A stretch of 61,607 bases of DNA, counting the filler. It is 4 parts of 4 records of this genome, joined end to end, with 100 filler letters (N's around TTAATTAATTAA, not from the genome) between each part and the next. Parts side by side here need not be neighbours in the genome. Positions count along the whole stretch, not along the records: positions 1 to 25,228 come from DRR723986_792; positions 25,329 to 41,472 come from DRR723986_800; 2 more parts are not named here. One strand, written 5' to 3'. Positions 22,131 to 31,301 of this stretch are shown piece after piece; the first letter of the stretch is position 1; every line of letters starts with the position of its first letter. Under the pieces are notes generated by a model. It was not told where the DNA came from and made no database searches. It saw only the letters and a list, made by a program, of their open reading frames with translations. Made by a program: the position numbers and the translations under genes.

Positions 22131-23078
22131 ATGGCGGACGCACGCAGCATTATTCTGCACGAATACCCGACTTCGCCCTATGCCGAGAAAATCCGTCTCG
22201 CCCTGCGCCTGAAGAACCTCGCCTGGTCGCGCGTGGAGATCCCTGTGATCATGCCCCGGCCGGACCTGATGCCTCTGACCGGCGGCTATCGCCGGACCCC
22301 TGTCATGCAGATCGGCGCCGACATCTATTGCGACACCGCCATCATCCTGCGCGAACTGGAAGCGCGCTATCCGATGCCTGCGCTGAAGCTGCCGGGGCAT
22401 GAAGGCCTTGCCCAGATGGTGGCCGGCTGGACGGATGGGCGCTGGTTCCAGTCTTCCGTCGCCGTGATCTTCGGCGAAATGGGCGACAAGGTCGGCGAGG
22501 AGTTCAAGAAGGACCGCGAAAAACTGTCGGGCCGTCCGTTCGACGTGAACGCCATGAAAGCCGTCGCCCCGATGATGCGCGACCAGTGGCGCGCGCGGCT
22601 GATGCTGCTGGAAGAACGCCTTCAGGGCGGCCAGGGCGCCGGGTCCGGCATGTACCTCGTCGGCATGAAGCCGGGACTGGTCGACGTTCATGCCTACATG
22701 AATGTCTGGTTCATGCAGCAGAACCTGCCGGACTTCCTGGAGAAGTGTTTCGAGACCGCTGACCTGACCAAGGCCTGGTTCGAGCGCCTGCAGGAGTATG
22801 AGGGGCAGGAGCCGGAGACCATCTCTTCGAAAGACGCACTGGACATCGGCCTGCATGCCGCGCCGCGCCTTGTCATGGCGACAACCAAATATGAGCCGCA
22901 GGATATTGCCCCCGGCGACATGGTGGCCGTAGCGCCGGACGATTACGGACAGGTCTGGGTGGAAGGCGAAATCGTGCATGCCGATTCCCAGCGCGTGATC
23001 CTGCAACGCCTGTCTGAGGAAGCCGGAACGGTGCATGTTCACTTCCCGCGGGCGGGATTCCTCGTCCGGCGCATCTGA
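22131..23078 (+). CDS. Glutathione S-transferase family protein
   Basis: SPYAEKIR...PLTGGYRRTPVMQIGADIYCDT, C-terminal VHFPRAGF. GGAG RBS. Confidence 0.9.
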   Translation: MADARSIILHEYPTSPYAEKIRLALRLKNLAWSRVEIPVIMPRPDLMPLTGGYRRTPVMQIGADIYCDTAIILRELEARYPMPALKLPGHEGLAQMVAGWTDGRWFQSSVAVIFGEMGDKVGEEFKKDREKLSGRPFDVNAMKAVAPMMRDQWRARLMLLEERLQGGQGAGSGMYLVGMKPGLVDVHAYMNVWFMQQNLPDFLEKCFETADLTKAWFERLQEYEGQEPETISSKDALDIGLHAAPRLVMATTKYEPQDIAPGDMVAVAPDDYGQVWVEGEIVHADSQRVILQRLSEEAGTVHVHFPRAGFLVRRI

Positions 23079-23148
23079 CAGGTCTTCTTCGGCGGGGCCT
23101 GTTACCCGGAGCGGAATGCGCTACATCTAAAGGCAAAGGAGCGCATTT

Positions 23149-23958
23149 ATGGAACGCCGACTTTGCCTGATCACAGGAGCCTCCGCCGGAATCGGCGCAG
23201 AATTCGCCCGCCAGTATGCCGCGCTCGGATGGGACGTTGCACTGACGGCGCGGCGTTCAGACCGGCTTGAAACGCTCGCGGCCGAAATCGAGGAACAGTA
23301 CAAGGTGACGGCGATCGTGATCGCCGAGGACCTGGCGAAGAAATCCGCGCCGGCAAAGATCCTCACCGCGCTGGACGAAAAGGGCCGTCATGTCGATGCG
23401 CTGGTGAACAATGCCGGTTACGGCCTGCCGGGCACCTTCTTCTCCACCAGCTGGAAGGATCAGTCGGATTTCCTGCAGGTGCTCTATGTCGCACCGCTGG
23501 AACTGGCGCACCGGGTCCTGCCGGGCATGGTGGAGCGCGGTTATGGCCGGATTATCAATGTCGCCTCGCTGGCAGGCTATGCCGCCGGAAGCGCCGGGCA
23601 CACGCTCTATGCCAGTGTCAAAGCCGGCCTGATCAAATTCTCCGAAAGCCTGAACGCCGAATGCGAGAGCCTCGGCCGTGAAGACATTCACTGCACCGCG
23701 CTCTGCCCCGGCTTCACCTGGAGCGAGTTCCACGATGCGAACGGCACGCGCGAACAGACGAACAAGATGCCGAAATGGATGTGGATGGCTGCAGAACCGG
23801 TCGTCCGGCAGGGCATCGAGGCCGTAAACAGGGGGCAGCCGGTGATCGTGCCGGGCCTCGTCAACAAAGGGATGGCCACCCTGTCCCGCATCCTGCCGGA
23901 ACCATTGGGCCGGGCCATGGTACGGTCTCAGGGAAAACGTTTCCGCAAGATCGACTGA
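23149..23958 (+). CDS. Short-chain dehydrogenase/reductase
   Basis: TGASAGIG, NNAG, YASVK. Confidence 0.93.
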   Translation: MERRLCLITGASAGIGAEFARQYAALGWDVALTARRSDRLETLAAEIEEQYKVTAIVIAEDLAKKSAPAKILTALDEKGRHVDALVNNAGYGLPGTFFSTSWKDQSDFLQVLYVAPLELAHRVLPGMVERGYGRIINVASLAGYAAGSAGHTLYASVKAGLIKFSESLNAECESLGREDIHCTALCPGFTWSEFHDANGTREQTNKMPKWMWMAAEPVVRQGIEAVNRGQPVIVPGLVNKGMATLSRILPEPLGRAMVRSQGKRFRKID

Positions 23959-24046
23959 GTCCCTGCGTTGTTGCACCGCACAAATATGGACTGACAGGGC
24001 CAAAAGAGGCCCCTATAAGAGCAAAAAACTGAAAAGGGGCAAGGAT

Positions 24047-25228
24047 ATGAGCACCGGCGAAATGGTTCAGGACAAGCAACCGACTGTGATGGAAGGCCTG
24101 ACGGCCACGATGCGCGACGCTCTCGGCGCGCTCGACACCTATGCGGCTGCCGCGACCTCCGGCGCACGCGGCCAGCTGGCTGGCGAAGACGGCCGTCCGG
24201 ACCGCAAGGCGTTCGAGCGCCACCAGCACCTCGCCCACGGCCTGTCCTGGCTCGTCACCTATGTCGAGACGCTGCGCCAGGTGTCCGAATGGGCCTCCCG
24301 CCTCGAAGCCGAAGGCAAGTTCGGCGAGGTCGAAGCCCTGCTCTCTCAGATCCTGTTCAGCGACTACTGCGCCCAGATCGTCGGCGGTATTCCGATGAAC
24401 CAGGGCGAGACCATTCGCCCGCACGAACTTGGCAGCCTCGAAGCTTCGGGCGCGCTGTTCGCGGACGCATCGATCAGGAAGCTGATCACCGAAGGCAAGA
24501 CGCCGGCCTCGATGGCCGCCGCCGCTGCCCTGCTGCCGGATGCCCTGACGCGCAATACGGTCGAGGAGACCGGCCTCGACGAAACCATGAGCATGGTGCG
24601 CGAGCAGTTCGCCAAATACGCCTCCGAGCGTATCAAGCCGCACGCCCATGGCTGGCACCTGCGCAACGACTATATCCCGATGGACGTGGTCAACGAGATG
24701 GCAGAGCTCGGCGTGTTCGGCCTGACCATTCCGGAAGATTTCGGCGGCCTCGGCATGGGCAAGACCGCGATGTGCGTCGTCTCCGAAGAACTCTCCCGCG
24801 GCTATATCGGCACCGGTTCGCTCGGCACCCGTTCCGAGATTGCCGCGGAACTGATCCTGATCGGCGGTACGTCGGAGCAGAAGGAAAAGTGGCTACCGAT
24901 GATCGCCAGCGGAGAGATCCTTCCGACGGCTGTCTTCACCGAACCGAACACCGGGTCCGACCTCGGCTCCCTGCGCACCCGCGCGGTGAAGGATGCCGAT
25001 GGTGAGACCTATTCGATCACGGGCAACAAGACATGGATTACCCACCCGGTGCGCGCAGACGTGATGACACTGCTGGCCCGGACCGATCCGGCCACGAACA
25101 ATTTCTCCGGCCTGTCCATGTTCCTGGCTGAGAAGCCGCGCGGCGACGACGCCAACCCTTTCCCGGCCGAAGGCATGACCGGCGGCGAGATCGAGGTGCT
25201 CGGCTATCGCGGCATGAAGGAATACGAA
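24047..25228 (+). CDS. mcd: Acyl-CoA dehydrogenase, probably methylsuccinyl-CoA dehydrogenase (truncated by gap)
   Basis: N-terminal extension HGLSWLVTYVETLRQ, plus SEELSRGYIG, FTEPNTGSDL, GNKTWITH, EIEVLGYRGMKEY. Confidence 0.8.
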
Positions 25229-25328
25229 NNNNNNNNNNNNNNNNNNNNNNNNNNNNNNNNNNNNNNNNNNNNTTAATTAATTAANNNNNNNNNNNNNNNN
25301 NNNNNNNNNNNNNNNNNNNNNNNNNNNN
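25229..25328. other. Artificial contig spacer
   Basis: 44 N + TTAATTAATTAA (stops in all six frames) + 44 N. Confidence 0.98.
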
Positions 25329-25501
25329 TCAGTCATACACAAAAGATCTGACACTCTCGTAGCGCTCGAGATTGGCCAATAATTGTCCAGAATAACCGGA
25401 GGACCAGAGCCCCGGGCGTAGCATTTCCGTACGAACATAACCTTTTGGCTTGTTTCATCCTTTCTCCGTCAAATAACTGAAACATAACGCTTTCCTATCA
25501 G

Positions 25502-26059
25502 TTAGAAATAACGGCGTGTTGAGGAGCGGTATGTCTCAAAGTCCTCTCCGTATGACTGCTTCAACCACGGTTCCTCCGCGAAGGGTGCAACCGCCAGGGC
25601 CAAGACGCCCGCCGCCGCGACCGGAATTGCAAACCAGGCGCTTGTTACCAGCACGAAACCAACCAAAATGGCCATGTCGGCGACATATTGTGGATTTCGC
25701 GAGTAGCGGTAGAGGCCTGTTGTCACCAATTCTGCCTTTGCCCCACTTGTGGCCTTCATCCCGATTCTGGCGACTCCAGCCCACACAACAGCGTTGCCTG
25801 CTAAGACCAATGGGAGGCCAATACCCCACCGAACCCAGCCAGGAAGGCCAATCTCGCCCCATCCGAGGATCCCGAGGGCGATCGTCAAAACAAATACTGC
25901 GACAGTCAGTAGCCAAGCAATCACTGCGCTCCAATCAATAGAGTGCGCGGGTGGCCAAAGCCGTCGCCTTGGAAACAGTATCGACCAAGCAAATATCGCG
26001 ATGAGCAGCCCCGCATCCGCTACCCCGGCGACTAGAAGGATTGCCTCCAGTTTCGTCAT
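25502..26059 (-). CDS. Isoprenylcysteine/phospholipid methyltransferase-family membrane protein
   Basis: LVTTGLYRYSRNPQY, EEPWL...YGEDFETYRSSTRRY. Confidence 0.88.
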   Translation of the reverse strand: MTKLEAILLVAGVADAGLLIAIFAWSILFPRRRLWPPAHSIDWSAVIAWLLTVAVFVLTIALGILGWGEIGLPGWVRWGIGLPLVLAGNAVVWAGVARIGMKATSGAKAELVTTGLYRYSRNPQYVADMAILVGFVLVTSAWFAIPVAAAGVLALAVAPFAEEPWLKQSYGEDFETYRSSTRRYF

Positions 26060-26973
26060 ATCTTGTGTCCATATAGCTGAGTGCCAGCTTGCGCCTTGCC
26101 GGTGGTTTCGAATTCGAGGGTCGAATGCTCGATACCCAATTCGGCGCTGAGCCTCGCTTTGATTTGAGACTTGACTGGTTCAACGTCGTGCCATCGATCC
26201 GGATGGACGACGATATGGCAGTCAAGGGAAACCGCATGTTCCTGCATCTGCCACAGATGGACGTGGTGGATTCCGATCACCCCCTCCACATCCCGGACCA
26301 ATGCGACCACTGCAGCGTTTTCGATGTCTGGCGGGCTGCCCAGCATCAGCGTTCGGATCGGCCCGCCGATTTCGGTTCCCGCGAGGTACAGAATGTAGCC
26401 TGCGATAAGGATGGTTATGACTGGATCGACCAGCCACCAGTCATAGAGAATGATCAGCATGCCACCGACGATTACGGCTACCGAAGACAGCGCGTCAGAC
26501 AGATTGTGCAGAAACATCGCCCGGATGTTCATGCTATCTTTTTGCATCGAGTAGGTGAGCAGTGCGGTCAGTGCATCAACGACCAGTGCAACACCGCCAA
26601 TGTATACTACGGTCCAGCCCGCCACTTCTGGCGGTTCGAGCAACCGCAAGACGCCTTCATAGCAAAGGTAGACACCCACAATTATCAGTGTGGTGTAGTT
26701 GATCAGTGCCGCGACGATCTCGATCCGACCATAACCAAACGTCATTTCCTCGTCGGCTTCCCTGCGCGAAATCTTTCGGGCTGCGAAAGCGATCACCAGA
26801 GCGGCCATATCCGAGAAATTGTGAAGAGCATCAGCAATCAGCGCCAAACTGCCCGACACGATGCCGCCGGCAATTTGTGCAATCGTAAGAAGTGCATTGG
26901 CCCAGATCGCAACGGCAACGCGGCGATCGCCAGATTGCGGATCAAGGTGATTGTGCCCGTGATCATGCGGCAT
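26056..26973 (-). CDS. czcD: Cation diffusion facilitator (CzcD/ZitB-like)
   Basis: MPHDHGHNH, SLALIADALHNFSD, FGYGR.E, HNLSD (HD-HD site), IEHSTLEFE. Confidence 0.93.
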   Translation of the reverse strand: MPHDHGHNHLDPQSGDRRVAVAIWANALLTIAQIAGGIVSGSLALIADALHNFSDMAALVIAFAARKISRREADEEMTFGYGRIEIVAALINYTTLIIVGVYLCYEGVLRLLEPPEVAGWTVVYIGGVALVVDALTALLTYSMQKDSMNIRAMFLHNLSDALSSVAVIVGGMLIILYDWWLVDPVITILIAGYILYLAGTEIGGPIRTLMLGSPPDIENAAVVALVRDVEGVIGIHHVHLWQMQEHAVSLDCHIVVHPDRWHDVEPVKSQIKARLSAELGIEHSTLEFETTGKAQAGTQLYGHKI

Positions 26974-27733
26974 GGCTGGTGTCCTGGTGGCGATGGTTGG
27001 GTTTGGCAAATCCGGGAATCGCCGGGACATGGCCAGCGCGGATGGAGCGGACTCGAGCGTTCATCCAATGACGAATGACATGTCGGTACAGGAATTCTCG
27101 TACAACACCCAATGCCTGCCGGTGCTGACCAAAAAACGCATCGGGAGTGTCAAATGTTCCGTAGTCCCGAGCAATCCCGGTCTTCTGAATGTAGGTATCG
27201 TCCCCTGTCCATGTTACCGGGGGGGTCGACAGACTTTCTGTTCCCGCGCCATATCCGCACAAGCTGTCCGAGCTCGAAAAGCTACTTTGCAGAACCTTCA
27301 GAAAGCTTTGATCTAGGATGAACCCTTCCAAATTCACCCAACCGCGCTCAGTTTCGACCTCAACCCAGGAATGCAGGATCTCTTTCGGAGCAACAGGGTA
27401 AACAAGTTCTGGAACAACACCACGCTGTAGTTCCTTGTGAATTGCGAACCCGTGGAATCTGCATCTGATGTCCACGCCCCGCAATAGCGCCATCAGCAGC
27501 GTTCCCTTGGTGTTGCATTGGCCATATCCATCCTCAAGGACTTCACTAGCGGGAATGTCGTCTTCTCGATTATAGCCGAACGCGATTTCATTACGCACGA
27601 AGTCGTAGACTGCTCCGATCCGCTCGTGTTCGTCGAGATCGGCCCATCCGTGATCCTGGATCAGTTTGGCAATTGACGGGGATTGGAAATCCACGAGCCT
27701 GGTAGGCTCTAGAAGCGGATCTTGGTCGGGCAT
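26963..27733 (-). CDS. Transglutaminase-like protein
   Basis: YDFVRNEI.FGY, ASEVL..GYGQCNTKGTLLMALLR, HSWVEV. AGGAG RBS. Confidence 0.88.
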   Translation of the reverse strand: MPDQDPLLEPTRLVDFQSPSIAKLIQDHGWADLDEHERIGAVYDFVRNEIAFGYNREDDIPASEVLEDGYGQCNTKGTLLMALLRGVDIRCRFHGFAIHKELQRGVVPELVYPVAPKEILHSWVEVETERGWVNLEGFILDQSFLKVLQSSFSSSDSLCGYGAGTESLSTPPVTWTGDDTYIQKTGIARDYGTFDTPDAFFGQHRQALGVVREFLYRHVIRHWMNARVRSIRAGHVPAIPGFAKPNHRHQDTSHAA

Positions 27734-27762
27734 GAAAGGTCTCCTCGAATCGTTCAAGGAGA

Positions 27763-27793
27763 TATGTAGGTGCTACAGTGACTGTAGATTCAA
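27763..27793 (-). promoter_or_regulatory. MerR-type promoter/operator for the transglutaminase-CDF operon
   Basis: -35 TTGAAT, 19-bp spacer containing the dyad CTACAGT-N-ACTGTAG, -10 TACATA. Confidence 0.85.
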
Positions 27794-27899
27794 GTTGTTT
27801 CTGAGTGTCCTCAATCCTCAAGGTATTGCTTGTTCTGGCACCTTTGAATTCGAATGACGATACGTCGCCTGCTAGCTAAGGGAAAATTGCATTTTGAAG

Positions 27900-28328
27900 C
27901 TAGGCTCCGATCTCGTTGTGGTCGGTCAGGCATTCCGAATGATCGCGCAACACTTCCAAAACGCGGCAGTCGGCAGTTCTCCCACCACTGCATTCGTGAA
28001 CCATTCGCTTTAGTTCTTGCCGAAGCGCTTCCAGACGCTGCAACCTCTGCTCAACCTGCTTTAGTTGCCGACGTGCAATCTGGTCCGCCTCCTCGCAAGG
28101 CCGATCAGGGTGGTCGCCTAGGTCGAGGAGTTCTCGGATTGCATCGAGCGAGAACCCCAACTGACGCGCGTGCCGAATGAAGGAAAGCCGGTCCAGCGCA
28201 GCAAGACTGTAACGGCGCTGCCCGCCTTCGGTCCGGTCCGGTTCTGGCATCAAACCGATCTGTTCATAGTACCGGATCGTTTGAACCTTGGTGCCGGTTT
28301 TCTTTCCCAAGCCACCTATTGTCAGCAT
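27900..28328 (-). CDS. MerR-family metal-sensing regulator (CadR/PbrR/ZntR type)
   Basis: VQTIRYYEQIGL...RLSFIRHARQLGFSL. Cys pattern PCEEAD...ECSGGRTADC. Confidence 0.95.
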   Translation of the reverse strand: MLTIGGLGKKTGTKVQTIRYYEQIGLMPEPDRTEGGQRRYSLAALDRLSFIRHARQLGFSLDAIRELLDLGDHPDRPCEEADQIARRQLKQVEQRLQRLEALRQELKRMVHECSGGRTADCRVLEVLRDHSECLTDHNEIGA

Positions 28329-28436
28329 TCCCCTCTCCTTCTAGCTATAGTCTTTGTAGGTTTGGAGGGCTGGGGATAGAATTGCAACACCTCAGTCACG
28401 ACCTCGTGATGGTACTGCTGAAGCTGAAGAAACAAC

Positions 28437-28467
28437 TTGAACCTCTAGCTGCTAGAGGATGTACAGC
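28437..28467 (+). promoter_or_regulatory. MerR-type promoter/operator for the SCO operon
   Basis: -35 TTGAAC, 19-bp spacer with the dyad CCTCTAGC-T-GCTAGAGG (28442-28458), -10 TACAGC. Confidence 0.85.
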
Positions 28468-28484
28468 CCGACAAATTGGCGAAT

Positions 28485-29105
28485 ATGGGCGGGCGACTTG
28501 CAGTGAATCTGGCGCTTCTACGAAAGATCCTTTGGGTGCTGGTCGGTGTCGCGGCGCTTTCATTTGCTATGCTTCTGCTTTGGGATAGTTACCGTTCCGA
28601 ACAGGGGTCAGACGAGCCGCAGGTCTTCCGCGCTGCTTTCGAGCTTACGGACCATCAGGGGATTGTACGGACGCAGGCGGACTTCGCAGGTCGATGGATG
28701 CTCGTGTTTTTTGGCTTTGCAAACTGTCCGGACGTCTGTCCAACAACGCTTTCCGAGGTCGCCGCAGTAATGGACTTGCTTGGCAACGATGCGGAACAAG
28801 TCCAGCCGCTTTTCATCTCCATCGATCCGGAGCGCGACACGCCCGAGGTGCTTGCGGATTTCGTTCCGCGGTTCGACGCTGGGATAATCGGTCTAACCGG
28901 AACACCAGCTCAAATTGCCCTTACGTCGGACACCTTCCACATCTTTTTCGAACGTATCGAAGAAGCGTCGGCACCTGACGGCTACACAATGGGCCACTCT
29001 TCGCAATTGTTCTTGTTCAACCCTGACGCGGGATACACCACGTCCTGGCAATATGGCACTCCGGCGGAAGAGATTCTGGTGGAATTGAGGGAATATATGG
29101 AATGA
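28485..29105 (+). CDS. SCO/SenC-family copper chaperone
   Basis: FGFANCPDVCP, IDPERDT, YTMGHS. Start uncertain. Confidence 0.93.
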   Translation: MGGRLAVNLALLRKILWVLVGVAALSFAMLLLWDSYRSEQGSDEPQVFRAAFELTDHQGIVRTQADFAGRWMLVFFGFANCPDVCPTTLSEVAAVMDLLGNDAEQVQPLFISIDPERDTPEVLADFVPRFDAGIIGLTGTPAQIALTSDTFHIFFERIEEASAPDGYTMGHSSQLFLFNPDAGYTTSWQYGTPAEEILVELREYME

Positions 29106-29530
29106 TGACATCAAGCCTGAGAGGCGAGGCGGCGCTCATGGCCGCATGGATCGTTGCGCTTTTCTCAACGCTGTCGGTTCTGTTCATCGGCGAAGTATTG
29201 GGCCAAATGCCCTGCCTGCTCTGCTGGTATCAGCGCGCGTTCATGTTCCCGCTGCCAATCATTCTGGGCCTTGGCCTCTGGTGGAAGGACACTGGCGTTG
29301 GACGCTACGGTGTCGCGCTCAGTCTAGGTGGCATGGCTATCGCGCTTTGGCATTCTGGTCTTTATGTCGGTGTCATCCCAGAGCCCATCCAACCCTGCAC
29401 CGCGACAGGTCCGTCTTGTACCGATGACAATCAAAAAATCTTCGGACTTCCGATTCCGGCACTGTCGCTTCTGGCCTTTACGCTCACCGCGAGCCTGTCG
29501 GCCCTGTCTCTGAAGGAAAATCAGCTATGA
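29102..29530 (+). CDS. DsbB/BdbC-like disulfide bond formation protein
   Basis: PCLLCWYQR, second Cys pair PCTATGPSC, 4 TM. Confidence 0.92.
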   Translation: MMTSSLRGEAALMAAWIVALFSTLSVLFIGEVLGQMPCLLCWYQRAFMFPLPIILGLGLWWKDTGVGRYGVALSLGGMAIALWHSGLYVGVIPEPIQPCTATGPSCTDDNQKIFGLPIPALSLLAFTLTASLSALSLKENQL

Positions 29531-30183
29531 TCCGCCGATCTATTGTCCTGGGAGTTCTCGCTCTCGGCTTTGCACTGTTTGCAACAGCGGTGTGGTACAC
29601 GACGCGATCCACCCCCGCGACTGAAAGCGCAGAGGTTCCGACCGAACTGCAACTGGCGCTCATTCGGCCTTATTCACCCATCCTGGGACCTGAGGAAGCG
29701 CCTGTCACCATCGTCGAGTTCTTCGATCCGGCCTGTGAAGCCTGCCGTGCCTTCTACCCGATCGTAGAGGACATCATGGCTGAACATGGTGAAAGTGTCC
29801 GGGTCGTTCTAAGATACACGCCGTTCCACGGCGAAGGTTCCGAAATCGCCATTCGCGTCCTCGAAGCCGCCCGAATGCAAGGGAACTTCGAAGCGGTCCT
29901 CGAAGCGCTCATGGAGGAACAACCCCGGTGGGCGGCCCATGGAGACATGCGCCCCGACCTAATCCTGCAGGTTGCCGTTTCGGCGGGTCTCGACCCCGAG
30001 GCCGCGCAGGCTCAGATGCTGGCGCCGCAAACCACCGGGCTTTTGAACCAAGAGCGCACAGATATCGAAACCGTCGGTGTGCGCCAGACGCCCACATTCT
30101 TCGTGAACGGCCGGCCTGTCGACCCATTTGGCGAGGCGGAATTGCGCGCGCTTGTGGCTGAAGAAGTCGCCAGCGAGTCGTGA
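29527..30183 (+). CDS. DsbA/BdbD-like thiol-disulfide oxidoreductase
   Basis: VTIVEFFDPACEAC, GVRQTPTFFVNG. Confidence 0.92.
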   Translation: MIRRSIVLGVLALGFALFATAVWYTTRSTPATESAEVPTELQLALIRPYSPILGPEEAPVTIVEFFDPACEACRAFYPIVEDIMAEHGESVRVVLRYTPFHGEGSEIAIRVLEAARMQGNFEAVLEALMEEQPRWAAHGDMRPDLILQVAVSAGLDPEAAQAQMLAPQTTGLLNQERTDIETVGVRQTPTFFVNGRPVDPFGEAELRALVAEEVASES

Positions 30184-30210
30184 GCACCCAAACTTGAAGT
30201 GGAAACCGAG

Positions 30211-30675
30211 ATGAAAAGAGTGACTCTTGTCATGCCGTTGGCCCTCGTTACAGTCCTCGCTGCACCCGTCGCGGCGTTAGCCGGATCAGAGGACGTGGAG
30301 ATTGAAAACGCCTGGGCGCGCGCCTCAATTTCCACCAGCCGGCCTGGCGCTGCGTACCTAACAGTTCGCAACACAGGCGACGTCGCAGTGACCCTCACTG
30401 GGCTCGCAACGCCATTGGCAATGATGCCTGAAATCCACGAGACAACAGTAACTGCCGAGGGCATCAGTTCCATGGCACCGGCAGGCGAGATCACGATTCA
30501 AGCCGGTGAAACCGTGGCGCTGGAACCCGGCGGCCTGCATGCGATGCTGATGGGTCTGCAATCTCCGATGACCGAGGGTGACTCCTTCCCGTTGACGCTG
30601 ACATTCTCGGATGGCGGTGACGTCACGGTCGACGTGCCGATCCTCGGCATCGCCGCGCGCGGACCCGAGGGCTGA
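30211..30675 (+). CDS. Periplasmic copper chaperone PCu(A)C
   Basis: Signal peptide, AWARA, GAAYL, EIHET...M...LEPGGLHAMLMGL. Confidence 0.93.
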   Translation: MKRVTLVMPLALVTVLAAPVAALAGSEDVEIENAWARASISTSRPGAAYLTVRNTGDVAVTLTGLATPLAMMPEIHETTVTAEGISSMAPAGEITIQAGETVALEPGGLHAMLMGLQSPMTEGDSFPLTLTFSDGGDVTVDVPILGIAARGPEG

Positions 30676-31301
30676 TGCGGCGGCGGGCGCTTCTCGGCTA
30701 TGGTGCGACGGGTTTCGGCGCACTCGGGCTGACACTTCTTGTCGGCTGGTGGCGCGTAGACGGTCCTGTCGCGCCTGATCCGGCGGAGCAGCGCCCGCTG
30801 CCCTTCTCGGAAATGGATTTCCGTCTGCAAGACCATGAAAGACAACCGGTTGGACCCGACATGTTGATCGGGCGCGCGTCGTTGGTTTTCTTCGGGTTCA
30901 CCTTTTGCCCGGATATCTGCCCCACAACGCTTTCCGACATTTCCGGCTGGCTGGACGACCTGGAAGATGATGCAGAACGGTTGAACGTGATCTTAATCAC
31001 AGTTGACCCCGAGCGTGACACCGTTGACGCGATGGCGGAATATGTAGGCTATTTTCATCCCGCAATACGCGGTTGGACAGGCCCTGAACCACAGATCGCG
31101 CGTGCTGCGGCCGATTTTCGCGCAATCTATGAACGGGTGCCCACTGAGAGTGGCGACTATACGATGAACCACACGGCGAGCGTGTTCTTGTTCGACCCGG
31201 AAGGACGCTTCGCCGGCTCCATCGACTATCACGAGCCGAGGGAATTCGCGGTGCCGAAGATCCGCAGAGCAATGGAAGCAGACGCTGTAGGTGAAACATG
31301 A
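30675..31301 (+). CDS. Second SCO/SenC-family protein
   Basis: FGFTFCPDICP, VDPERDT, YTMNHT. RR-containing N-terminus. Confidence 0.93.
   Translation: MRRRALLGYGATGFGALGLTLLVGWWRVDGPVAPDPAEQRPLPFSEMDFRLQDHERQPVGPDMLIGRASLVFFGFTFCPDICPTTLSDISGWLDDLEDDAERLNVILITVDPERDTVDAMAEYVGYFHPAIRGWTGPEPQIARAAADFRAIYERVPTESGDYTMNHTASVFLFDPEGRFAGSIDYHEPREFAVPKIRRAMEADAVGET

Noticed and set aside
25229-25328. Repeated TTAATTAATTAA motif (also at 41517 and 52078)
   Set aside because: It is an artificial six-frame-stop linker inside N runs, not a biological repeat.
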